Shown: positions 14,342 through 25,900 of the stretch, in pieces
How positions within the stretch are numbered: position 1 is the stretch's first letter
Layout of the letters: each line of letters opens with the position of its first letter
Origin: Balanoglossus misakiensis
Taxonomy: Eukaryota > Animalia > Hemichordata
Length of the DNA: 64,000 nucleotides
Assembly: GCA_040954595.2 (NCBI GenBank)
Contig: CM082583.2
Location: forward strand, 11,421,656-11,485,655
Reading direction: 5' to 3'
The notes under the pieces: generated by a model
The model's input: the letters and a program-made list of their open reading frames with translations, nothing else
What the model was told of the DNA's origin: nothing
Database searches by the model: none
Made by a program: the position numbers and the translations under genes

Positions 14342-17300
14342 TCATAGACACTCTGGGACCAAACACTTGAAATCTCCACCTTCAGTCTGTAGATAAAAAG
14401 GCAGAAAATAATATTTTATTACTATCGTACTCAAATGACCTGCTCAGAGTGTGGTCAACCACAACACAATACATCATGTCTATAAATAATTTCAGCACTA
14501 ACTTACATTGAATGTTTCCTGTTCAAATCATTACCTCGCAACAACAACAAATATTCAGCACTCCTATTTTGTTACAGAACATGACAAAAAGATTCATTTT
14601 TCATTTCTAAAGGACCGATCTTGAAAGTTAAATGTGTTTGCAGCTAGTGCAACATTTTCACCATTGACTTTGCCTAAATGAAGATCTGTGCACATCCTTA
14701 AACTATAAATATCATCTAGTTTTACTGTCAGCTTTAAACCACTGAGATCTCTCAGAACTGGTGTTTGTCATGCCGTGTTTGACAGATACGCTAAACATTT
14801 ACTTTCAATTTTACCCTCCAATTCTGTCTGTATACTTCTCTATTCAAGATTTATCACGACAAACGGTATAAATATTTTAGCGTTTCGATTTGTATCAAAG
14901 CAAATTTAACTCTGGGAAATGAACCCCAAAGAAGTCATGATACTTGAAAGAACACTGCAGATGAACAACCAAAAAAGACATGGATTGAATAAGGTATATT
15001 TCTAGTTGTACGGTACACATACATGTACACTGTCTAAATTAAAATTTCAAGCCACTCACCCAGGTCGAAGGCTTGCATGGAAACCTGTTGCGGGTGCACA
15101 CTTTTTTCCTGACACATCTGCCGAACTCAACGATGCAGTTCTCGTCGTTGAGATCGCACTTGACACAATCGGGCGCTGGGTCTACGTAACGACACGCTCT
15201 GCACGATGTGTGTTGGCAATGACCTTGACATTCTCTGTTCTGCTCGTTGTTGTCCCTGTAATACAACAGATAAACAATAGAACAGATCAGACAAAAAAAC
15301 AAAAAGTTTGGTTCCAAAATTACGCTTTTCAAAAGTGCTATATTTCAATTGCTTAACAGACTAACAAATTTCCACTTTAAAGTTCAGTGATCATCTTCTC
15401 TTCAAGTCCAGACACACGAATAATATTTAAACGTTTTTCCCCTTTCAGACAAATGTCAAATGGGTTGTCTTTCATGGACTAAATTTGTCCGAGCAATCCA
15501 TTGTACTTGAACAGATATAAAACAGGCCTGGCTGAGACAAATGAATTTGTGTGGTGTCTTTGACATTTTGTCTATTAAATGTCTGCTGATGTCCAAGTGA
15601 AACTGCAAGCGCTTTATGCAGATAAAGCGCCAACTGCACTATTTATTCAGATGAAGCTGTCAAACACCGCCATGTCCAAGCGAAACCATGAGTCTTCTCA
15701 CATGGATGAAAGGGCTAATTACACTATTTATCCCCATCGAGCTGTCAGACACACATCACTGTGTCAATATACAATGGACGCTGGGAACACTTGCAATGTT
15801 TGCCACATGTAGTTGTATAAAACCGTCTGTGTCTTGTTTAGACACGAAAAGATCGCACTTGTATGCGAACACTGTTGGCATTAAACAGTATTATAAACTC
15901 TTGAAAGGTTTTCACACCAGTATATCTCTCCATAGATAGTACATGTCAACTCTAGTAGCAATCATAGACAATATTATTCAGTTACATGTACCAGATACCC
16001 ATCCTGACTCCTAATATCAGGGTTATTGACCTGTACAGATATCGCGCTGAGCATATTGTGGATCCTGTAGTGTTAGGACTGTTCAGAACACCATGCATGC
16101 AACATCATTACTCTTTGGCAAACACGTGGTTGATTTAATATTGGTCGGTTGATTCAATGATCTGTGGGTGCATTTATTCAGTGATTCATTCGGGTCCGTG
16201 AAGTTTGTTACTTATTCCTTATTCCTTATTCCTTATTCGAATGTGAAGTTTGTTACTTATTCCTTATTCCTTATTTGAATGTGAAGTTTGTTACTTATTC
16301 CTTATTCCTTATTCGAATGTGAAGTTTGTTACTTATTCCTTATTCCTTATTCAAAGCTGAAGTCTGTGACTTATTCCTTATTCGCTTCTGAAGTCTGTGA
16401 CTTATTCCTTATTCGAAATCTGACTTTTACCTTATTCGCTTCTGAAGTCTGTGACTTATTCCTTATTCGGATTCTGAAGTCTGTGACTTATTCCTTATTC
16501 AAAGCTGAAGTCTGTGACTTATTCCTTATTCAAAGCTGAAGTCTGTGACTTATTCCTTATTCGAAATCTGACTTTTTCCTTATTCGGATTCTGAAGTCTG
16601 ACACTGACTTATTCCTTATTCCTCTGAGTGCATACTTAGCGGTATTTTCGTAATAACCTTTTTATTATACATCTTACATCTCCGTTAGTTCTTGTGTTGC
16701 ATGTTACTTGGCTTTCAAAACGCCAAAAATGCCGATACAATCGATCGAAAACCGCTCAGTTGTCTCAGTGAGCAGCCATCTTTCTTTTTTGTTTACGTGC
16801 GTTGGAGTGGGGGTGTCTTGAAACCGTCCGCATAACAGCGCATACCTGTACACAGTGAGTTGGGGCGCCTTGAAACTTAAGGCATATTTAACACGCGTTC
16901 CGTACGTCAGATTGCGAATAAGGAATAAGTCAGAAACTTCAGATTTCGAATAAGGAATAAGTCACAGACTTCAGGATGTCACAGACTTCAGATTTCGAAT
17001 AAGGAATAAGCTTTGAATAAGGAAAAAGTCACAGACTTCAGAATCCGAAAAAGGAATAAGTCACAGACTTCAGATTTCGAATAAGGAATAAGCTTTGAAT
17101 AAGGAAAAAGTCACAGACTTCAGAATCCGAATAAGGAATAAGTCACAGACTTCAGATTTCGAATAAGGAATAAGTCACAGACTTCAGATTTCGAATAAGG
17201 AATAAGCTTTGAATAAGGAATAAGTCACAGACTTCAGAATCCGAATAAGGAATAAGTCACAGACTTCAGATTTCGAATAAGGAATAAGCTTTGAATAAGG

Positions 17301-20300
17301 AATAAGTCACAGACTTCAGAATCCGAATAAGGAATAAGGAATAAGTAACAAACTTCACATTCGAATAAGGAATAAGGAATAAGGAATAAGTAACAAACTT
17401 CCAACACCTGATTCATTCAGTGATCGATTGAATGAACCATGGGTGGTTTTAATTTTGATGGAGTTGTGGATGGGAGCTAGAATCTGTTGACTCAACAATT
17501 TGTGGGTTGGATAAAAACAGTCGTAAGTAACTGCATACTCAGCTCTGGTCTGTACACTGTGTGTGGAAGTAAGTTAATTGTCACTTTTCAAATTGTAAAT
17601 TACACAGACATGATGCATCTCCTGGTTTAGTCCAACCACCATGAAGATGATATCAATTTCAGATGTTCAATGTACGTAATTCCAAAGCTCATCAAATATA
17701 TCAAGAAATAAATCAGCTGCCAGATAGCTATGAAGCTGTTTCATAGCAAAAAATTTATGGAGCCCGATATCATAATTTCACAATTGTTTATTGAGCCTAT
17801 GAAAATTTAATAATCAGAAACAAGAAATATGGTGAACTTCATGTCAGACCTCCACCGCAAAAAAATGTAAATGCATGCCGTGGCTTTTGTATATTTATAT
17901 TTGACATACCAAACCGATGTGCATCAGTTATTATACACTGCAGTCTTTCAAAATATCCATAAGAACACCCAAGTCAATAGATTTGTTGATACGAAAAAAA
18001 TTACAATTTGAGTTTGCTCAAAATATTTATAAGTCGACTGCTATGATTTACATCGTGATGTGAGGTTCCCCCTGTACTGATCCCATGGCATTTAGGCAGA
18101 GTATAAACTGATCAGTTTTCTTTTCACGAGACCTGGTGGGAGAGCGTCGGACAACCGGTGTAGCACTAACAGTTACTCACCGCCCCCACAAGCAAGCTGT
18201 CATCATGTTAAAAATGTAACAGGTGATTTCTTGTCAAACACCCGCCACAGGGGGGCTCACATACTATGCTCTACCATACACTTTTGACAATACAATTAAG
18301 CCCCAGGGAACAACACTGTATACTTCCCTGCTACACTCCAGTCTTTTGACATGTACATGTAATTGATCAACTACATGGAACATGTACATTAATTTTATAG
18401 CAAAAGAATGATATGGTGGAATGTTCTTTAATGCAGAAAGATGACTCCGTCAGAAACTCATGTGATATGACTTTTGGCAGCAGAGGTTGCAAGTTGGTTG
18501 CCAGGCTTACCTCTTTTGTATGAATTTGCATTCTTGTTGCACCAAAGTTGAAATATATCAGGTGTACTAACCAAAGAGACTTATACTGTCCAACACACTG
18601 TGAGTCACCACCCATTTCTTAGGGCATCTCTGCTGGTGACGTACAAGTACTGTACCACTGAACTGCAAGTACCTCCAAAAAAAAATCTGTCATAGGTCAA
18701 ACCGTACCAAACACATGTATGTATACCGCATGAGTTGCTTAATTACTCTGAGTTGTGTGTGGCCGTACGCAGTGTCCTCTAAATATTTAGACTTTTGCCC
18801 ATGAAGTATTGCTGCCTCAAAATATATCCATGGAGGTTAAGAATACATCGCCCCCCACAACCCTTGTATTAAAGATCAATTTAGCTGACATTTCTTAACT
18901 TTAACATAGTGATAACACCTTGGAGTGCCTAGCCTATTTTATCATAGGTGGATTATACACTGCACTATGAGAAAATACAATCGCATGCCCACCACTTAGT
19001 TTAGATTCCGTTAAGAGTCTCGCTCCTTTTATTGTATTAGAGAAATGGTTAAAACTTGTGGTGAATGTTACAGCAAATCACTTTATAGTTTTTTATACTG
19101 ATCAATAGGAAAGTCTAGCAGTAAGCCCGAAATGTGTTGGACAATGCCCGGCTGAGACGGTCCCAGTTGCAAATAAGTTGGCATTAGACGAAGAATTAAG
19201 TCTCCCAGTCAGCATTGCCTGATAGATCGCAGCTGACTTGCCAGTTGCATTGAAAAGTTCTTAAACTCTTCCGGATAATACATTCAATAAACTCTTCAGT
19301 GATGGTAAATGAAACACCTGGGATTGTTACTAAAAATACCATTTCTCTGGAGACCAAACCACAAGTTAGAATTAGACAGCCTAATAAACAGTAGTGTCTC
19401 TCACACTGGAGAAATCTGACTAGGACCTAGTCTGGACAAAAATCTTAATTGTTTGATGTGAACTCAGCTAGTGAAAGAAACTGAAAAATAAATGTCAAGC
19501 CAGCAATCATCTCCCAGTAGACCAGTGTCATTCCAACGGGGAATTGCCAATTGCCTCTGCTACAAATCACACTCTGACTTCTAAGAACCCTTTTTTTATT
19601 GCCACTGGACACTTCATTTCTCATCCAGGGCCCATCAAGCACGCAGAAGCAACAACACCAAACAGGGGAAATAAAATTTTACAGCTACTTTTAATGGACC
19701 TGGGGTGATTTATTTTGGAAACTTGTCTTCTTTTTTTAGAAAGTTTGATGTTAATGTCCTTGCCTTCAGGGGGTTTGCCATGTTCAAACTGAAAGCTGTA
19801 AACATTACAGTAACCTGAGCTGTTTATTTTTTGCCAGTCTCATAAAAGTTTTTTAGACTCGCTTGGCCTACATACTTTCCAACACCTAACAACATAAATA
19901 CAGGACAATAAGGGATAAAACATTGAATCTTATGGAGGGTGGTCACAAATTTTAATTCAGAGTGAAATCTGAGAAAATTAAGTGATCAGAAAAATAGGAC
20001 AGTTTCGGCCAAAATACTGTCTTCAATCTCTGCAACTGCATCGAGATCAGTTAAATTATTCTCCTGACTGTTTTATAACAATCATGATGCAATACAACAA
20101 TTAAATGATTCACAATGTTTGTTGTTGTTATTGTTGGAATATTTATTTCCTCTCAATTGTGCCATTGTAGTGATCAACTCAGTCAAACATAGTGACAACA
20201 CTTTATCTACTATACCTGACAGTTTTGTGTCCTTTTCATAGTACCAGTGGGAATATTATGAAATGAGACCAAAATCCAAAGAGAATTCTCAAAAAAGTCT

Positions 20301-23300
20301 GGAAAAAAATCCTGTGAGAACACAGAGTTTTACATTCTCACCCAACCAGTCTGCATACAATTGATTTCTGGCTATCTTTATCTTGGTAATGGTGATAAAA
20401 CTCTTTTCTTCGGAATCAGCAAGTGTAATGATTTGCCTTCCACTTGACTTGCTGTATTGAAAAGTCGACCACAATATATTGCCAGGTTGTGCTTGGCAAC
20501 TGTTGTATCACACCAAGGTGTGTTGTCGCAACCGCACAATTGCATCTAACTTCTTTAATATCTTTTCAGGGAGTTTATATATACTCCACCCTGGTCTCAA
20601 ACTCAGCCAAAATATGACCTCGTATGTAGCAGACACAAAATGCAAAAACATGCAACCTGTTTTACATATCATCATATAAGTTACCTGGGATTGTGCGTGT
20701 ATATACATTTCAACTCAGTATGCTAATTAAGCCTACTTCATGCAGGAACAACCAGATTGGCCTGGATTTATTATTTTGCGCAGTCACAACAAGCTTACCT
20801 CAGTTTGTTTGGTGGGGGGATAAGCTGGGGCTAGTTTGGTGCAGAGATAACTATCATTTCAATGGCTGAAACAGACTGTGTAATTCGCGCTCTATTGATG
20901 TCATTAGCGGGGTGGCCACAGCAATATAACGTTTTGTCAAACTTCCCCCTTTCACACAGAATTCCTGGCACATTCACAACCAACCAAGCATCTCACCCGA
21001 CACACCAAAAGACAAACATGCCCACACACTTTCCCACGTTCTCCAGTGGTTCAATATTGCAAAAATGCAATTACCCTTCTCAGAAAGACCCGCTGCCTTT
21101 GATTACAAACCTTCACCCTAAAAGTGGCCATTATTTACGTTCCTTTGGTATTAACGATGTTATCTCCTTTATAAACAAATACACCCAATATCTCCATGTA
21201 GTTTGTACACATACAAACTACATGGTACAACAAGCAACAATCACAGTACATCTTACTTTGTTGCCTGGTGATAGATATCAGTTGTACTTTTGCTGATTAT
21301 GCAGAGGTGTGTGTGTGTATACACATATACACACACACATATATATGAATTTTGATTTTACCTCTGACTATCATGAATTTGACAGCCAAAATTTAAGTTT
21401 AGATTCCAGGCTACTCAGGTAAATGCCCCTGAAGAAGTTGACTGTTGAGCTAATGACACTTGTCAGTTTCTTAGTGTTTGCAGTACAGCAAAAGGCACTC
21501 CAAAAACTGCAGCTGTGGGTATAAGCCAACTCGTTTTAATTGGGTGAGGCTTTAGCCCCAGTGGAGTGGTTTATTCAACCCCCAAAAGAATTCCGAACGT
21601 ATTACATGCTCGGATTGTACACAAGTAATTTGAGATGTTGAGTAACACTGCTTGTGGTATGATGGCTATGTTCCAATTGAATCCCCACCAAGGCCGTTCT
21701 CATTCATTCTTCCACTCCAAAAAAAAAAGTCTTGGCATTATTCGCCGATGTCCAAAAACTAAACCTCTTGTTAAAACATCCAAGGATTATGCTAATATGA
21801 TCTTCAAAAATTACTGCCTCCAAGTTCTTCCTCTTTGCTGGTATTTCTGTGTGAAATTCAGGTGTTCAGTTGAAAGCATTAGAGAACATCACTTAAGGAA
21901 GACTGAATGTTTTTCTTAAGTTGTGAAAGTTTCTAAGAGACCAAATTCTATAGCTGTATAGGCACGGCTCAAAATATACTTTGTAGTCCTTATAATTATT
22001 TGCCATGTACTCAAGCATGGGTGTGAGCAGTGTACCCTTTTACAAGACTAAATATTGACCAAAGCTCTACAAAAAAGTGAGCTCTTGCATCAAATATCCT
22101 GCCTGTACTGTCTGAGGCCTTTCACGTCTTTTCAGGCCAAAATTCCCCGGCTATCACACCTTAGAAAGGGGGTTGGCATGTTGTTTATTTAATTTGTAAA
22201 GTATGCTATTAGCACTGGTGGTTTGTTCAAGCACCAAGGTGTGTTCTCAAAGCACTTCATTAGTTCTGCTAATTGTACTATCCCCATGTAATCTACTGTG
22301 AAAAGTCACTCAATCCAAACCTACAAAAACCAACAACCGTCTGCTTCATTCAGGTTGGGTCTTTTTTTCCTTCTTTCTCCCACTGCAGACATCACAAATA
22401 CCATTTTCCTGAGGGTTTTCAGACATACAGCTTACAGCTCCCACACCCAGCTCACAAACCATGTCCCACTATTGAAAACTCAGAAATGTTAACTATGTAC
22501 AAGATCGTAAGTAGCCATGGTTCACCCTGCATACACCTAAAGATGAGTTTAAAAAGTCAATCATATTCGGCTGTTAAAATGTCACCAAATCCTCCAGCAT
22601 TTAAAAAAATGTTGCCTCTGTCTTTTCGCCATAAAAATCTGAGTAACAACATTTTTTTTCTTGCTGGCCTAGGCAGATGATCTGATACCAAACGTACTAT
22701 GCTACAGTCAGGACAGTGGAAATACCACCTATTCTGTACAGGACTGATCAAAGACCACTCTCAAAATGTCGTAATTGTCAACTTTTTCAATCCAAACATG
22801 TAAGATTTTCATCCCAATTGCTTGTTCTGTGTATGGATCCAACCGCGCCCACTGGATGAGACCAATGGGTTAAATCAAACTGAGACACTTTTTAAGAGGA
22901 TTGGGTTACGAAAAGTCGTCAGTAAAACTTTTTCCTCTCTGTTCACATTTTCCCCTCAAGTTAAATCCGTTTTTATACCAGTTTTAATCTCTGTAAAACA
23001 TACAATAAGTTCTACACACTGATAAACACCTGCATGGACTCAGTGTATATCTCTGGCGTACGGATGACCGACTGATTCAATCTATTGGATTTACAGATAC
23101 CGTGAACACACTGACCAACGATAAGGTGTAACATGATTTTTATTATCAGTGCGTCTGCATCATGATGCCTGTGCTGTGTACTTTCTGTAATCAGCCAGGA
23201 TTATCCAGACAGGTGAAGTGTCCCCCATCTCTGTAAATCGCCAACGACTGTAGAATTTAGCCTTTTCATTTGCGTGAAAAACGCCCCGTATGGTTTAACT

Positions 23301-25334
23301 ATAGACGAGATGGGGATGATAACTGAGAAAGTTGTAAATAATACGGAGTGGGCTTGCTTCTCATTGGTTTTAATGGCTTTTAATAGCTACAGTCCTAGTC
23401 AATGATTCTAACATAATAGCGCGGTTTTGTTCTCATCATACTCCGTTTATTAGGCTATTAAATGAGTTAATATACTCGTTTCTCTGATCCGCCAACTGCG
23501 GACTTACACCCACCCCGGTCACCTTTGACCTCTCCCTGCGATAGCAAAACTTTTGATAGCATACAAGAGATCGGTAAAAAAACGGACTGACAACACCCCC
23601 TTCCAGCGATGTTTCCGAAAACAACTTTTTAGTGAGCATTTACCTCCAACCTAAACATATCCACACGTTATGCTCGAAAACAGTTCATAACTGTGGTCAC
23701 GAAAAAAGTCCGGGGGAATCTTTTTAGGTCCTCCATGTCTATATGTGCATTTTTCATATATGAGCGAGGTTGGCATGGTGACAACAGTGACCGTTTTTGC
23801 CCTGGCTACGTCAGCTTGGGGTATATAAGTGGCGTGAAATAGCGTCTCCTGTACTGGTAGACCGCCGTGAAATTGTTTCTCAAGCAGTCGGCTCTAAGAA
23901 CAATGGTTTAAAGAAACTTTAAAAGCTGCCGGCAAACATACCTTATGGGATTTTTAACTACTAGAAGTTAACCGACTATAAATTGCACAGCATTTACTCA
24001 CATTGCGGAACATATATCCCGTGGATTTTTCTGGCAAAATTCGGGCGTGCACTTCGGTCTGCAAGTTATAATTGGGTCATCTGAAAATGCTGGAAACTGT
24101 CCTGAAACGAAATTTTAATGGATTCTGTAAATAAAATTGAGTTTCATCAAAGCTTGGAAGATTGTCGTGGAAGGTATCGATTGTCGGGAGCGTAGAAAAG
24201 GGAGACTTTATTGTCCATTCGGTAGGCGAGAAAAAAATAAATCAAATTAGGATGAACAAACAAATGGGTGTTAATGCTAACAGGAGAATCAGTTGACACT
24301 GTGTCGCTAAGTGTGTTTTACCGCACAAACCTGTTAGATCACGATTAGAGCTACAAAAGCAAACGTAACTGGGCTACTCAAAGATGATCCGCGCATGTTT
24401 TGACAACGGGACGTTCCGCACCAAAGGACGCACCGCTGTGCAAGCAGGCAGACACTTGCCTGAATCCCACAACGACGCGTTAATTGGCAAACAAATGGCC
24501 GGCAATCAGAGCGCAATTAACCGCCCCCGACCGTTCCTCATCACGTCTGCTGCATGCTGTGTTTCACGTTCCACTAGGCAAACTGCGTAATAATATTGTA
24601 AAGACACATAACGAGACCACCAATGTTTTTTTCTCACCCTCCTGACTCTGTGAACGCAACCTTGTGTGTCAATCATTATACAATTACAAACATGACCAAT
24701 TTGCCAAACTGTCGTGAAAACTTGTCTTCATTTAATCAGCCTTTCCTCAACAGCTACCTGTAGCCTTCTGTTGCGCAAGTTTACCCGCGTTTATCATGAA
24801 AACTCTCATCATGTAACCGGGAAGCGATGTTTACACACCGATTACGTATAAATAAATCAACCGTTCTGATCTGAGCGCTTTAAAAACGATAAATTGATCG
24901 TACCGCGGGCGAGGTAAAACAGACGGATTAAAGAGCTTATTTTGCTAGAAATCGAGAGAAATATTAAAGTCCGCGACATTTTACTCACTTTTGCACACTC
25001 CGGAAAACGGGTTGTAGTATCCTGGTTGCACGGCAGGGTTGTCTGGTTTGACGCACTCCAGTCCCCAGTCGCATTTGCCCAGTGTTTCCCACTTGCCTCC
25101 GCAGCTCTCCCCGGCTTGCCTGGCACACGCCGGGCAGCAGTCGCAGATGCCCGTGGTCACTCTGCCCGGACACTTGTGCTCCAGCCGACTGGCCTTCTTT
25201 GGTCTGCAGTGGATCCGTTCGCACGGTGGACACTGCAGTCCGACCATCTTACCCTTGTCCTGACACGACGCTTGCTGAGCGAACAGTGTCACTGCTATGC
25301 ACAGAGTCATACAAAGTTTGGTCGTGCAAGCCAT
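14342..25334 (-). CDS. Secreted IGFBP N-terminal (IB) domain protein with a Cys-rich C-terminal module, 228 aa, 4 exons
   Basis: Exons 25334-24989, 24101-24002, 15255-15060 and 14386-14342 total 687 nt, with consistent phases 1/2/0. Signal peptide MACTTKLCMTLCIAVTLFAQQASC. 12-Cys IB domain with GICDCCPACA..ESCGG. C-terminus CRPKCTPEFC..ICSA..CQGHCQHTSCRAC..FKCLVPECL*. Confidence 0.85.
16192..17408. mobile_element. Foldback-type DNA transposon (Mutator-like) with TIRs built from tandem subrepeats
   Basis: Left arm about 16200-16622 is made of GAAGTYTGTKACTTATTCCTTATTC units. Right arm about 16915-17401 is their reverse complement. Spacer about 290 bp. Perfect 10-bp TSD TGATTCATTC at 16182-16191 and 17409-17418. 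Confidence 0.88.
21307..21346 (+). repeat. Compound GT/AT/AC microsatellite (palindromic)
   Basis: gtgtgtgtgtgtatacacatatacacacacacatatatat. Confidence 0.7.
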
Positions 25335-25559
25335 ATTAAAAGTTATGAAGCCCCAAGCGGCTATTAAGAATTGCCGAAGAGCGTGGGAAATTTCAACAAT
25401 GATACTTGAGAAACCTGGAAGCTTCTTATTTTCGTAACTAGAAGATGTACGGACAGTAGTCTTCCTTGCTTCAGACTTGTTGGAAAAATGCTCTCCGTTG
25501 AAGATACGGCGTGCTCCGCTGAATACTCGTATATCTATGGATCTAAAGAAGATATGAAC

Positions 25560-25900
25560 TAAGTCATTTAAGTGCGCGCGACGTGACCCGACCGACGTGA
25601 GACATCAACGATAATTAAAATATCCGAGTCCACGTGAATATAGTCGAATCTAACATTCGCAGTTTGTGGGTCATCAATTGTAAAGTCAGCTGTCAAACAA
25701 TCGGCCAATCAAATCCAGATTTTGACGAAATCAGACTAATAGATTGCGAGTATCGCCTTGTGACGTCACGGCTGGGAACCACGGTACGTCCCCCACCCCA
25801 CGAAAATTGTCAGTACGGGACGGAGGTTATCATCAGTCAAGCGAGTTGATTGACAAGTTATTGACAAATGCGAGTGTACGTAGCTGCCCCGCCCCCGTAT
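25560..25900 (-). promoter_or_regulatory. Putative promoter/enhancer of the IGFBP-domain gene
   Basis: CpG-rich stretch 230-570 bp upstream of the ATG, with a perfect CRE TGACGTCA (25761-25768), a CCAAT box (about 25706) and a GC box CCCCGCCCC (25887-25895). Confidence 0.45.

Noticed and set aside
16200-17401. Regularly repeated about 25-bp units resembling a CRISPR array; ORFs 16288..16539 and 17234..17416
   Set aside because: No unique spacers and no cas genes, in a eukaryotic context. The units form two inverted arms bounded by a TSD, and the ORFs are repeat translations.
20862-22680. Intronic + strand ORFs of 144 aa and 135 aa
   Set aside because: Random-like composition with no motifs or splice support.
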